Assembly (NCBI GenBank): GCA_018821925.1 | Contig: JAHJLF010000053.1 | Span: forward strand, 495 to 64,494 | Source: Candidatus Edwardsbacteria bacterium | GTDB taxonomy: Bacteria > Edwardsbacteria > AC1 > EtOH8 | Reading direction: 5' to 3' | DNA length: 64,000 nucleotides | Shown here: positions 48,232-58,115 of the stretch, piece after piece | How positions within the stretch are numbered: the first letter of the stretch is position 1 | How the letters are laid out: each line of letters starts with the position of its first letter | The notes under the pieces: generated by a model | Seen by the model: only the letters and a program-made list of their open reading frames with translations | What the model was told of the DNA's origin: nothing | Database searches by the model: none | Program-made: the position numbers and the translations under genes

Positions 48232-48269
48232 TTGCAGTTTTTCAGGTTTTTGGTTTTATTGCATTCCAT
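48075..48269 (-). CDS. Small Cys-rich protein (64 aa)
   Basis: CNCSYEPC...[10 protein letters not shown]; translationally coupled to the NUDIX gene. Confidence 0.5.
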   Translation of the reverse strand: MECNKTKNLKNCNCSYEPCSRKGVCCECIAYHRAMNQLPACYFSEKAERSYDRSIAAFIKDQGR

Positions 48270-48270
48270 C

Positions 48271-48792
48271 TTATATCCTTTTAATTTTCCCCGCTGAGTT
48301 AATTGCGTTAATGAGTTGCTCCGGCTTCTGGGTCCCTATCAATATTTTTCTGCCATCGTTAAGAACCAATTGCAACCCCTGATTCCCTGAAACATTGTAG
48401 GCCAGCCCCCCGATACCCCGCTTGACCCCCCATCCACCGTATTCTATTATCGGCCGATAGGTGCGTGTGGTGTATTCTTTAATGTCCCTGAAATCAAAGA
48501 ATAGCTGCTGACGGTGGAAAGGTTTGAATTGCACTGATATTCCAAGGCTCTTGACGATGGTGATAAGCTTAAGCTTTGCAAACAAAATTATTATTCCCAT
48601 ACAGATCGCAGGGGCGATCAACACGCTAAAACCGTTTCCTGTTCTAAAGTTAACAGTTTGGTCCGGATTTAAAATGACAGCACCTAAAGGAAGGAGGACC
48701 GCAGCCGTCATCAATACGATTATTAACCAGAGCCAGGGCTGGGTAAAATACTGCTCTTCGCTAAAAATGGCAGGCTCAGCTTGTTGTTCCAT
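48271..48792 (-). CDS. Membrane protein with a bacterial PH-like domain, hypothetical
   Basis: 2 TM segments plus a soluble domain. Confidence 0.5.
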   Translation of the reverse strand: MEQQAEPAIFSEEQYFTQPWLWLIIVLMTAAVLLPLGAVILNPDQTVNFRTGNGFSVLIAPAICMGIIILFAKLKLITIVKSLGISVQFKPFHRQQLFFDFRDIKEYTTRTYRPIIEYGGWGVKRGIGGLAYNVSGNQGLQLVLNDGRKILIGTQKPEQLINAINSAGKIKRI

Positions 48793-49186
48793 CTTTTTTC
48801 TTTCCCTTTAACAATTCGGCCTTCTTCTTGCGATATTCTTTACCATTTTCCCTTCGCTCCCTTTTGAGCACCGGGCGGCTGGTCTCGTCGATTACCCAGT
48901 TAAGGAACGGAACGTATCCGTCCTTCATCTTCCACATTACGATCTGGGGAACCTTGTCGGAGTGCAACTGTTTGATGCGTGATTCTATCCGTTTGTAGAA
49001 ATTCCGCTCGGCCTGGAAGAATACCGCCCATTCGGCGCGTTGTTCGATCTTGCCCTGCCAGCGGAAAAGAGACTCGGCCTGGACGATATTGGCCCCGGCC
49101 ACCAACTGCTCCTCCAGCATGGTGCGGGCCGTTTTCTCGGCCAGCTCCCGGGAAGGAAAGGTGGAATAGATGATGATACAATTCAT
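48776..49186 (-). CDS. cutA: Divalent-cation tolerance protein CutA
   Basis: IIYSTFP...LAEK...LVAGANI...ESLFRWQGKI pattern. Confidence 0.8.
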   Translation of the reverse strand: MNCIIIYSTFPSRELAEKTARTMLEEQLVAGANIVQAESLFRWQGKIEQRAEWAVFFQAERNFYKRIESRIKQLHSDKVPQIVMWKMKDGYVPFLNWVIDETSRPVLKRERRENGKEYRKKKAELLKGKKKDGTTS

Positions 49187-49887
49187 GGTTTTATCTCTAC
49201 TAATTCAACAAAAGGTTCTGTTTTAAAGTCTTTATAGTCGTCAGCGGTATCTTCAGGATAATCAATTTCATTATGAAATCTTAATACATTACCTTTCCAG
49301 CTATAACCATAATACTTATCTCTGTTATTCAAAGTATCGCTGAATATAATACAATCTTTTTCAATTGGCCAAAAATCTTTGATTATTTCATATTTATAGC
49401 CTTGGGTTGGCCAATTGGTGCTGCCATCCGGCTCAAAATAATAAACGTTGCCAGATTTGTCATTATACTTACCAGCTATAACAATTTTATTTATAAATTC
49501 ATCAATGGGTTCATTTAACCTTATAAAAATATTATGATCATAGAATGAAAACATAATTTTATTGCAGCTGTCTTTATCTAAGATGTATACCGTATCATTT
49601 GTTTTTCCTTGTATTGTATATACATATGGTTTATTTGTTAAACATAGTTCTTCAATATCATTACCGAAAGAATCATGAAATTTGTTAAGTCCATTTATAC
49701 CACCATTTATTATTTCAATATTTGAGATTTTAGTGGTTTTTGTTGCTTCATAAGTAGAGCGGGTGCTATATAATATATCTATCAAATCCTTATTTAACCA
49801 GGCTCCATTTAATTTATCTGAAGGCATTGTTCTTTGAATGCAAGAAGTAACGCAGATCAATGAAATAATAATTACAAAGTGTCTCAT
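49183..49887 (-). CDS. AT-rich orphan lipoprotein
   Basis: Lipobox VTSC; about 28-30% GC in a 50-55% GC neighbourhood. Confidence 0.6.
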   Translation of the reverse strand: MRHFVIIISLICVTSCIQRTMPSDKLNGAWLNKDLIDILYSTRSTYEATKTTKISNIEIINGGINGLNKFHDSFGNDIEELCLTNKPYVYTIQGKTNDTVYILDKDSCNKIMFSFYDHNIFIRLNEPIDEFINKIVIAGKYNDKSGNVYYFEPDGSTNWPTQGYKYEIIKDFWPIEKDCIIFSDTLNNRDKYYGYSWKGNVLRFHNEIDYPEDTADDYKDFKTEPFVELVEIKP

Positions 49888-49906
49888 TGTATAAAACCTT
49901 TTAATA

Positions 49907-50608
49907 TTATTTAATCAGTCCCTTCTCTATCCTCACCACATCTCCCACCAATTCTACCTTGCCGTCCCGGACCACCATCCCGTCCCCGTCCCGGCAGGCG
50001 TAAACCGTGGCCTTGTTCTCGATTGAGAACCGCTTGACGTCCTCCAACCTATCCTCCCGCTGATTCCAGTGCGGCAGGAAATGAAAATCCACCAGGCCAA
50101 CGGCGTGATGCTGGTCCGTCCGTGATTTATAGAAGACATGCGAGATGTTGATGCTGGGCGTAAGCACTATGGCCCCGGCGCTGATGCCCAGGAGTATCCC
50201 TCCATCATTCAGATATTTTTTCAGCACCGGCCCGAACTTTCTTTTACGGATGGAGCCCAGAAACTGGAATGGATCCCCTCCCGACAGATGTATGGCATCG
50301 CAAGCCAGTAGTTCATCCGTCAGGGCCGAATCGTATTCCTTGTTCAGATCGAAATATAAAAGATCCTCTATGCCGTACCTTTTATAATACTCGCATTTCT
50401 CGCGATAATATCTCCGGGTACCGTCCGAGGCCGAGGGAATGTAGGCCAGCTTCAGCCGGTCTTTGTTCACCATCTCCAGAAACCGCCTGTCCAGCCTTTC
50501 ATTCTCCGGTATCACCTGGTCGCTATAGAATATGATGGCTCCGTGTTTATTGGCCTTCTCACTCATCGCCGGAAACTCTTCGGGGCATCGGCTGTTCCCA
50601 AACATCAT
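49907..50608 (-). CDS. Peptidase S51 family (cyanophycinase/dipeptidase E-like)
   Basis: LGISAGAIVL nucleophile region and a HLSGGD motif. Confidence 0.7.
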   Translation of the reverse strand: MMFGNSRCPEEFPAMSEKANKHGAIIFYSDQVIPENERLDRRFLEMVNKDRLKLAYIPSASDGTRRYYREKCEYYKRYGIEDLLYFDLNKEYDSALTDELLACDAIHLSGGDPFQFLGSIRKRKFGPVLKKYLNDGGILLGISAGAIVLTPSINISHVFYKSRTDQHHAVGLVDFHFLPHWNQREDRLEDVKRFSIENKATVYACRDGDGMVVRDGKVELVGDVVRIEKGLIK

Positions 50609-51380
50609 TGGTAAACGCCTGCTCTGCGGCCATGGATGAGAACTTTATTCTAAGACCGGTCTGGTCCCGGTAGGAAAACACCTCCACCGCATGCGGCCGA
50701 AAACTGTTGTTGAACGGCCTCCAGTCGCCATAGCTGATGCTGTATTCCGGCTTTCCCGCGATATCCCGTTTATAATCCACGATCCGCGCGTTCTGCTGAT
50801 CCAGCCGGTATGTTATGTTGGTATCTCTTTTGGTAAAGATAAAAAGAAAGAACTTATCGGCATCCTGGGCTATGGAATACTGGCCAGTCTCCAGCGGCGG
50901 CCGGCCCTGCATGACCTCCAAAAGTCGTTCGATTCCGATCCCGGCCGCTTTTTCCGCCATCGAATCGACGCCCGATATGGTGCCGTTGATATACAGAGAT
51001 TTAAGGGGAACATTCAGCCAAGCGGTTTCCCCGGAAATGCAGGCCGAGGCCAGGCCGATTCCAAAAAATCCGGAGATGTCTATCCTGATATGCCGGCTGC
51101 CCTCCTGGCGCCAGACGAAGTTCAGGGACTGGGTCAGCTTGGGCGAATCGTAGGTTATCTTTCCCTGGGCCGAGAATGGCTGGTCCTCTGTCTTGAATGA
51201 CGACCAGGCCCTGTTCCAAATGTCTTCCGGATCCTGTTTTTCCGCCCTTTTGACATGAGCACACCCGGCCATCAAGAAGCAAAGCGCTGCAATCGCTATG
51301 ATCTGGGATTTTAAAAATAAGCGGTTTCCGTAAGAATGTTTTTTACTCCGGAAACATTGAAATTTTGAAATAGTAAACAT
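50559..51380 (-). CDS. Lipoprotein, DUF4292/LolB-like
   Basis: Lipobox LMAGC; the N-terminal extension in the track ORF is probably not translated. Confidence 0.5.
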   Translation of the reverse strand: MFTISKFQCFRSKKHSYGNRLFLKSQIIAIAALCFLMAGCAHVKRAEKQDPEDIWNRAWSSFKTEDQPFSAQGKITYDSPKLTQSLNFVWRQEGSRHIRIDISGFFGIGLASACISGETAWLNVPLKSLYINGTISGVDSMAEKAAGIGIERLLEVMQGRPPLETGQYSIAQDADKFFLFIFTKRDTNITYRLDQQNARIVDYKRDIAGKPEYSISYGDWRPFNNSFRPHAVEVFSYRDQTGLRIKFSSMAAEQAFTNDVWEQPMPRRVSGDE

Positions 51381-51461
51381 AGAAAAAATCAGAACTAAAG
51401 CCCTTTCTTTGTGGTTCCGTGTTTCAGTGGTTGGTATCGCAGAGGTCCCAATAATTTATTT

Positions 51462-53162
51462 TTATCTAGCTGCATCTATCTTTTCCTGTATCTTTTCCTT
51501 GCCTGGATCGAGCTCCAGGGACTTCTGCCATTGCTCAATGGCTTGCTGTTTTAAATTGAGCGATAGGTAGACGTCGCCCAGATGGTCCCTTAAAGTAGCA
51601 TCCTTGGGCAGGAGGCCGACCGCCTTCTCTAGGCTCTCTTTGGCCTCCTCGAAACGATCCATTTTATAAAACACCCATCCCATGCTGTCAATATAAAAGG
51701 CATTTTCCGGCTCGGCCTCCAGGGCTTTGGCGATCAGATCTTTGGCTTCCTCCAGGTTGATTCCCTTGTCGGCATACATATAGCCCAGATAATTCAGCAC
51801 GATGGCACTCTTGGGATTCAGCTCCAGCAGCTTTTTGAACATTGTTACTGCGTTATCAAAGCCCCCGCTGCGTTCATAGGCCACCGCCAGGCCGAACATC
51901 AGATCGGGGTCCTTGGGTTCCTTTCTGTACTGATTCTGAAAGAATGGAATGGCCTCCCGGTACTTTTCGGACAGGGAATACCCGGCGCCCATCAGCTGGT
52001 CCAGATCCTGTTTCAGACCGTAACGTCGGGCGTTCCGGTACGAGGCAGCGGCGGAATCCGGCTGACCCAGGGCCAAAAAACAATTGCCCAAGGCAACCCA
52101 ACCTTCGGCCATTTTTGGCAGCAAGCCAATGGTCCTCTGGAAATACCGTAGCGCCGGAGGGTAATCCTTTTGCTGAAAGCTTATCCGGGCCACGGTATAC
52201 AGCGCCTCGGTGTTATTGCTGTCGCTCTCCAGGACAGCCAGAAATTGCTCCTTGGCCGGCTGGAAAGCCTGCTGGTGGTAGAACAGCCGGGCCAGCTGCA
52301 AACGAAGACCGGCATTCCCCGGCTCCCTCTCCAGAATGATCATGGCCTGGCGGGCCGCCCACTGATACTGGTTTAGGGACAGCAGCAGGTTGAAGATATG
52401 TTTTTGGATGCTAAGATTTTCGGGATCCAGCCGGGCGGCGGTGCCGTAAAAATACAGGGCCGAATCCGGCTGCTGGCCCACCTCATAGATGGCTGCCAGC
52501 GATATCCAAGCCCTGATATTGGAAGAGTCCCGGCCTATTATCTGCCGGTAGATCTCTTTGGCCGGTTCGCTCTGCTTATCGCGCATCAGCATCGAGCCCA
52601 GCTGCATCGCTATGTTCGGATCGCTGGTCTGCCGGACTATGTTTTCCATAACGGTGATGGCCGAATCGCGGCGGCCCAGGGCCTCGTAAAGCCCGGCGGT
52701 GGTGATCGAGATATCGGGATTGTCCGGCTTTAGTTTGACCGCCGCCCGGTACTGTTCCAGGGAGAGCTCCAGCTCCCGGGCCATCATATAGGCGTTGCCC
52801 AGCATCAGGCGGTTATCGGGGTTTCCCGGCTCCAATCTGACCGCCCGGCGGGCATAAAGGATCGCCAGGGTGTCGTTGCCCAGCTGGTAGTAGTTCTGGG
52901 AGATCAGCAGATTGAGCAGGGCCGACCCCTTATCCAGCCTTAAGGAGCTCTTGTAAAGTTTGATGGCCTGTCTGCTTTGGCCATCCTGCTCCAGCATGGC
53001 AGCCTGCATCACCTGGTCCATCACCGTCAATTGCGCCTGCTCCGGGCTGAGCATCTGGCGCTTGGCGCAGCCGGCCGAAAGGATCATCAATATGATCAAT
53101 AATTTTCTCAATATAAAAACCTCTCTACAAAGATACAAAGGCAAAGCCGGAAAATAAAACAT
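51462..53162 (-). CDS. TPR-repeat lipoprotein
   Basis: Lipobox LSAGC; about 12 TPR units. Confidence 0.8.
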   Translation of the reverse strand: MFYFPALPLYLCREVFILRKLLIILMILSAGCAKRQMLSPEQAQLTVMDQVMQAAMLEQDGQSRQAIKLYKSSLRLDKGSALLNLLISQNYYQLGNDTLAILYARRAVRLEPGNPDNRLMLGNAYMMARELELSLEQYRAAVKLKPDNPDISITTAGLYEALGRRDSAITVMENIVRQTSDPNIAMQLGSMLMRDKQSEPAKEIYRQIIGRDSSNIRAWISLAAIYEVGQQPDSALYFYGTAARLDPENLSIQKHIFNLLLSLNQYQWAARQAMIILEREPGNAGLRLQLARLFYHQQAFQPAKEQFLAVLESDSNNTEALYTVARISFQQKDYPPALRYFQRTIGLLPKMAEGWVALGNCFLALGQPDSAAASYRNARRYGLKQDLDQLMGAGYSLSEKYREAIPFFQNQYRKEPKDPDLMFGLAVAYERSGGFDNAVTMFKKLLELNPKSAIVLNYLGYMYADKGINLEEAKDLIAKALEAEPENAFYIDSMGWVFYKMDRFEEAKESLEKAVGLLPKDATLRDHLGDVYLSLNLKQQAIEQWQKSLELDPGKEKIQEKIDAAR

Positions 53163-53203
53163 CGTCTATTGTTCCGGCTTGCTAAACGCGATATTGTCGG
53201 ATC

Positions 53204-53965
53204 CTAAAAATTATAGGTGGCGCCTTCCATGGCCAGCCGGATCTGCGAGTTCTTCAGCCGGGCGATCTCCTTCTGCACCTCCTCCACGAACATGGCTTTG
53301 ATATGGAAGACATAGAACGGCACCTTCAGCCCCGATTTGTTTATCTCCTGCAGCAGGGCGTGCGGCGTAAGATGGCCCGACAGGTCGGCCAGCCCGTGAA
53401 GCCGGTTGGGGAACGAGGTCTCTATCAGCACCCCCTTAAGGCCCCTGATCTTCTTGGCCTCCTTCCAGATCTTTTCGGTGGCCCGGGTGTCGGCGGTATA
53501 CAGCAGGGAGCTCTTGCCGTCGCTGATAATGAAGCCCACCGTCGGCACCGAGTGGCTGACCCGGATGGCCCGGATAGTGTACTTGCCCAGCTTCACCGGC
53601 TTTCCCTCGGCCATGGGCTTTAGCTTGAAGATGGCGTCCTTGCTGTTGGGAATGGAGGTGAAGTCCGGCCATACCTGATTGTTGAACAAATGCTCCTTGA
53701 GGCCATCCAGCACTTCAGGGATGCTCATGATCTGGATGGATTTGTTGAGGCTGCCCACCAGATTATCGGCCATCAGTAAAAGCCCCAGGCTGTGGTCGAT
53801 GTGGATGTGCGACAACAGGACCGCATCCAGCCTCAGCTGCTCGTCGAAGTCCAGCATGGAGGCAGCCGCTCCGGTGTCTATCAGGATGTTCTTGTCCAGC
53901 AGAAAGCTGGTCAAACCGAAACCGGGCAGTTTTGATCCCGAAGCTCCCAGGACCTTTAGTTTCAT
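53204..53965 (-). CDS. MBL-fold metallo-hydrolase, class-II cyclic-nucleotide phosphodiesterase-like
   Basis: HIHIDH metal motif. Confidence 0.7.
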   Translation of the reverse strand: MKLKVLGASGSKLPGFGLTSFLLDKNILIDTGAAASMLDFDEQLRLDAVLLSHIHIDHSLGLLLMADNLVGSLNKSIQIMSIPEVLDGLKEHLFNNQVWPDFTSIPNSKDAIFKLKPMAEGKPVKLGKYTIRAIRVSHSVPTVGFIISDGKSSLLYTADTRATEKIWKEAKKIRGLKGVLIETSFPNRLHGLADLSGHLTPHALLQEINKSGLKVPFYVFHIKAMFVEEVQKEIARLKNSQIRLAMEGATYNF

Positions 53966-54116
53966 CCCAGAACTCCTATAACATGATTATTAAAATCACT
54001 TATAAAAATCATCCGCCGGAGCTTTGTGAGCATCCCGGCAGATAACTCTTTGCAATAAATGTAACTTAAACCCATGGTAAAGTCAAGCATAAAATCAATT
54101 CTCTGTCTGGATATGC

Positions 54117-54662
54117 CTATCTGAAATACCGGCCTTTGCTGGGAAATTCCTTCAGATATTGCTCTTTGAGTGGCTGAGGTACTTTGGGCGTCCGCCTCAG
54201 GGCCGGATCGATCAATCTCCGCCAGAATGACCTTACCCCCGGAGCCAGTGGCCGGCGGCAGGTGAATGTCCCGCAGCAGTTTTGGCTGCCGCAATGACAT
54301 TCAAAGCCCCAATCCTTATCATAGAATACCCGGTAATCGTAGGTGGCCTCCTGGCCTTTTTTGATGTCCCGGACCACCACGTCGAACCCCTTTCCGGTAT
54401 CCAGGATATTGGGATCGCAGGAATGGTTCATGTAAACGGAATTACCGCAGGGATTGATCACCGAGCCGTCCCGGCGGGTGTAGGCATGAAATAGCAGTTT
54501 TTCCTTTTGGGCTTTGCTCATCTTTTCGAATTTGGCCCTAGGGATAACCGTGCATTGAGAGCATTCATAGAATACCACTGTTCCCCGGGGAATATCCTTT
54601 TTGGCAAAAAGGCCGTGCCCTTTGCCCCTGGTCTTTTTCAGGATGAATAGCGGCGCCAGCAT
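54117..54662 (-). CDS. SET-domain protein-lysine methyltransferase with a post-SET Cys cluster
   Basis: NHSCDPN, GQEATYDY and CHCGSQNCCG. Confidence 0.75.
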   Translation of the reverse strand: MLAPLFILKKTRGKGHGLFAKKDIPRGTVVFYECSQCTVIPRAKFEKMSKAQKEKLLFHAYTRRDGSVINPCGNSVYMNHSCDPNILDTGKGFDVVVRDIKKGQEATYDYRVFYDKDWGFECHCGSQNCCGTFTCRRPLAPGVRSFWRRLIDPALRRTPKVPQPLKEQYLKEFPSKGRYFR

Positions 54663-54707
54663 TGATCCCTCTTAGTAGTGCGTCTTGAAATTCAGTATGA
54701 CTCAATA

Positions 54708-54750
54708 TTGAAAATATAAGCCGACCGGTCGATCGGCTTGTTTTCATTCC
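54708..54750. terminator. Hairpin terminator (aagccga...tcggctt) with T-rich flanks
   Basis: Seen in sequence downstream of the NYN gene. Confidence 0.45.
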
Positions 54751-55223
54751 TTCTCTTTGAACCCAAAATACTCCATCCACTCTTTCACATCTATCCTTCC
54801 GGGCTTCTCCTTATCTGCACCCCGCCGGGCCAGCTCCTGCTCCATCCGGTCCAGAAAGGTTTTGGAGCCGACCGTCTCCACCCGCCGGCCTTTCACGTAA
54901 TTCACAATCCCCCGGTCCGACGTGACCACCGTGATGGTTTTGCTTTTTTTCTGGATCTCAACTTTGTTCTTTATCACCTGGTCGGCATTCTGGGGAGGCC
55001 GGGAGAATACGATCCTGATTCCCCGTTTGGCGGAACATTTGTCCGTATGACCGTCGGCCCCGTCGAACACCACCGTGATATCATAGCCAAAAGTTTTTTT
55101 GTATCCTGCTAAAAGCTCTACTAAAAGCTCCCGGCCCTTTTGCTTGTCCTTGAGTAGGGCCGGGCGTATCCGGTCGGAGGCGAAGGCCAGATTGTAGCCG
55201 TCAATTATAATGGTCTTGGCCAT
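54744..55223 (-). CDS. NYN-domain (YacP-like) ribonuclease family protein
   Basis: IIIDGYNL...VVFDGADG N-terminal pattern. Confidence 0.7.
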   Translation of the reverse strand: MAKTIIIDGYNLAFASDRIRPALLKDKQKGRELLVELLAGYKKTFGYDITVVFDGADGHTDKCSAKRGIRIVFSRPPQNADQVIKNKVEIQKKSKTITVVTSDRGIVNYVKGRRVETVGSKTFLDRMEQELARRGADKEKPGRIDVKEWMEYFGFKEKE

Positions 55224-55247
55224 TATGATAACATCTTTTGCTTACGA

Positions 55248-55910
55248 TCAAAGATCCTGTATGTTATGCCGGATATCCCTGCCCTGCACCACAAAGATCA
55301 CGTCCTCGGCGATGTTGGTGGCGTGGTCGCCGATTCGTTCCAAACTGCGGGTCACTAAAATAAGCTGTATGGCCCGGCTGATCGAGCCGGAATCCTTGGT
55401 CATGAATTCGGTCAGCTCGGCCACTATCTTGTCCTTCAGATCGTCCAGCTGGTCGTCCTGCATCAGCACCGCCTTGGCCTTGCTGACGTCGCGCTCCACA
55501 AAGGCGTTCAGGCTGTCCCGGACCATGTCGGTGGCGATGGCCACCATTTTGGGGATGTCTATCAGCGGCTTGAGTTGCGGCTCTTGAAGAAGTTTATTGA
55601 CCATCTCGCAGATGTTTATAGCCTGGTCTCCCAGCCGCTCCAGCTCGGTGTTGATCTTGGAGGCTCCCAGCAGGAAACGCAGGTCCCCGGCAGCCGGCTG
55701 GTACAGGGCGGTCAGCCTTAAGCAGTCCTCGTCTATGCTCACCTGAAGACTATTGACCTCCTTCTCCTGCTCATATATCTGATCCAGCTGGCCGGTGTTT
55801 CTTTCCACCAGGGCCGTGACCGCGCTGTCTATCATGGCCTCGGCCAGGGCCCCCATCTTCAGCAATTGTTGTTTCAACTGGTCCAGTTCGGTATCGAAAT
55901 GTCTTTCCAT
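55248..55910 (-). CDS. phoU: Phosphate-transport regulator PhoU
   Basis: Two PhoU repeats (E/D..D motifs). Confidence 0.9.
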   Translation of the reverse strand: MERHFDTELDQLKQQLLKMGALAEAMIDSAVTALVERNTGQLDQIYEQEKEVNSLQVSIDEDCLRLTALYQPAAGDLRFLLGASKINTELERLGDQAINICEMVNKLLQEPQLKPLIDIPKMVAIATDMVRDSLNAFVERDVSKAKAVLMQDDQLDDLKDKIVAELTEFMTKDSGSISRAIQLILVTRSLERIGDHATNIAEDVIFVVQGRDIRHNIQDL

Positions 55911-56110
55911 TGGCGCTCCCTGATTTTAACGATTATGGGTATTCTCGGAAAAATAACTTGCCCGTTTTAAGTAGAAAAGTATTAAAGAAATAACGTGGAT
56001 TGACCTTTGCGCTCCCTTCGACCAGGCTCAGGGCATGCTTTGCGTCTTAGCGGTTCAAATATCATTGTCAATGCATCCGGCCGGATCATGTCAATCCTGT
56101 CTGAAAGAAT

Positions 56111-56866
56111 TCAACCATAGCGGCCGGTGATATAATCCTGGGTGCGGGCCTCCCTGGGGTTGGTGAAGATGTTGGCCGTCAGGTCAAACTCCACCATGTC
56201 GCCCAGCAGCATATAACCGGAGTATTCCGAGACCCGGGCCGCCTGCTGCATGTTATGGGTGACGATGACGATGGTGTATCGCTTGCACAGCTCCAGCATC
56301 AGCTCCTCCACCTTCATGGTGGCGATGGGGTCCAGGGCCGAACAGGGCTCGTCCATCAAGATCACCTCCGGCTCAACAGCCAACAGGCGGGCGATGCACA
56401 AACGCTGTTGCTGGTCCAGCGGCAGTTCCAGGGCCGGAGTGTCCAGCCTGTCTTTCAGATTTTCCCACAGCCAGGCTCCCTTCAGGCTGCGCTCCACCGT
56501 CTCAGAGATCCGGCCTTTGTCCCTGATCCCGGCCACCTTCAGCCCGTAGGCCACATTGTCGTAGACCGAGAGAGGGAAGGGGTTGGGCCTCTGGAATACC
56601 ATTCCCACTCTTTTCCGCAGCTCCGGTACATCGATGCCGTAGGAGTAGATATTGGCGCCGTCCAGCAGCACCCGGCCGTCTATTTTGACCCCGGCGATCA
56701 GGTCGTTCATCCGGTTGAGGCAACGCAGCAGGGTGGACTTGCCGCAGCCCGAGGGCCCGATCAGGGCGGTGATGGAATTTTCTCCGACCGGCATGTCCAC
56801 CGCTTTCAGCGCCTGGAACTTGCCGTAATGCAGGTTGAGCTTTTTTATTTCTATCTTGTTATTCAT
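56111..56866 (-). CDS. pstB: Phosphate ABC transporter ATPase PstB2. Walker A, Q-loop and H-loop are canonical; the signature motif is degenerate (LPLDQ).
   Basis: [17 protein letters not shown] and VTHNMQQA are canonical. [13 protein letters not shown] replaces the LSGGQ signature. Confidence 0.9.
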   Translation of the reverse strand: MNNKIEIKKLNLHYGKFQALKAVDMPVGENSITALIGPSGCGKSTLLRCLNRMNDLIAGVKIDGRVLLDGANIYSYGIDVPELRKRVGMVFQRPNPFPLSVYDNVAYGLKVAGIRDKGRISETVERSLKGAWLWENLKDRLDTPALELPLDQQQRLCIARLLAVEPEVILMDEPCSALDPIATMKVEELMLELCKRYTIVIVTHNMQQAARVSEYSGYMLLGDMVEFDLTANIFTNPREARTQDYITGRYG

Positions 56867-56984
56867 TATACTTTTTATTTCTGCAATATCCTAATAATCA
56901 GTCCTGACAATTCACCAAGCTCAACAGAAAGATATGTTCATTATATTGTTCTGCTGTACTAACAAAAGGGAACACCCCCGCTTT

Positions 56985-57295
56985 CTCTTATAACACCTCT
57001 CCCCTACCCCTCTCCTAAAGCATTAGGAGAGGGAAGGGTGAGGTCGGAAGTTTTAAGACCCGGCTTAACCTGTAATACTTACAGGTTAAGTAAAGTGGTT
57101 ATCAAGCGTTCAAATGGGGTCCGGGGGCACAGTGCGATTAAAGCACCAAACATTACATAACCGATCAGTACTTCATAGCGTGTGCCTTTTTCATCAAAAC
57201 CTTGTTATCTCTTAAGGCTGTCTATTAATCGTTAAGCCCTGTGCCCCCGGCGGGTCTTTCGCCCTTTCTGCCCGGACAGAAAGGGCAGAAAAATA
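56985..57295. repeat. Composite REP/MITE-like palindromic repeat cluster between pstB2 and pstB1
   Basis: Modules are shared with 59909-60375, 33905-34030 and 12316-12372. The perfect palindrome cttaacctgtaatacttacaggttaag is one. The inverted ends ggggtccgggggcacag / ctgtgcccccggcgggtc are another. Confidence 0.7.
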
Positions 57296-57346
57296 TTATC
57301 TTGGGCTTTGATTTCCTTAATTGGATTAAATTAACATGGTGCTGTC

Positions 57347-58111
57347 TCAGCCGAAACGGCCGGTGATATAATCGCTGGTCCTTTTGTCCTTGGGCACAGT
57401 GAACAGGTCTTTGGTCGGCCCGAATTCGATAAGCGAACCCATCAGGAAGAATGCCGTCTGGTCGGCCACCCGGGCCGCCTGCTTGGTATTGTTGGTAACC
57501 AGGATGATGGTGTACTTCTCCTTGAGGATGGTCAGGGCCTCCTCGATCTTAGCGGTGGAGATGGGGTCCAGCCCGGAACATGGTTCGTCCAGCAGGATCA
57601 CCTCCGGCTCCTGGGCCAGGATCCTGGCCAGACACAGCCGCTGCTGCTGTCCTCCGGACAGGCGCATGGCCGGGGAATTGAGGCGGTCCTTGACCTCGTC
57701 CCAGATGAAGGCTGATTTCAGGCTGGCCTCCACCAGCTGATCGAGTTTTTTCCGGTCGCCGATTCCCGACAGCCTGGGGCCGTAGACCACATTCTCGTAG
57801 ATGCTCTTGGGCAGGGGCACCGGCAGGGCGAACAGCATCCCCACCCTTTTACGAAGCGCCACCACATCGAAATTGGGGTGATAGATGTCCTGGCCGTCCA
57901 ATAGGATGCTGCCCTCTATCCGGAATCCGTGTACCAGATCGTTAAGCCGGTTCAGGCTGCGCAGGAAGGTGGTTTTGCCCGAGCCGGCCGGCCCGATGAT
58001 GCCCAGGATCTGCCGGGCCGGGATGTCCATATTGAGGGACATCAGCAATTGCTCCGGCCCGTAGAAGGCCTTGAGTTCCTTGGCAGATATTTTTATTGCG
58101 TTGCTCATCAT
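57347..58111 (-). CDS. pstB: Phosphate ABC transporter ATPase PstB1. Signature is canonical; Q-loop and H-loop are degenerate.
   Basis: GPAGSGKTT and LSGGQQQRL are canonical. The Q-loop Gln is replaced (VGMLFALP). The H-loop His is replaced (VTNNTKQA). Confidence 0.9.
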   Translation of the reverse strand: MMSNAIKISAKELKAFYGPEQLLMSLNMDIPARQILGIIGPAGSGKTTFLRSLNRLNDLVHGFRIEGSILLDGQDIYHPNFDVVALRKRVGMLFALPVPLPKSIYENVVYGPRLSGIGDRKKLDQLVEASLKSAFIWDEVKDRLNSPAMRLSGGQQQRLCLARILAQEPEVILLDEPCSGLDPISTAKIEEALTILKEKYTIILVTNNTKQAARVADQTAFFLMGSLIEFGPTKDLFTVPKDKRTSDYITGRFG

Positions 58112-58115
58112 GCTA

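Noticed and set aside
53962-54300. 112-aa ORF overlapping the SET-domain gene 3' end
   Set aside because: It is in a different frame and strand context from the motif-bearing SET gene and has no independent support.
56255-56962. 235-aa plus-strand ORF across pstB2
   Set aside because: It is antisense to the ABC ATPase and its C-terminus runs into the repeat cluster.
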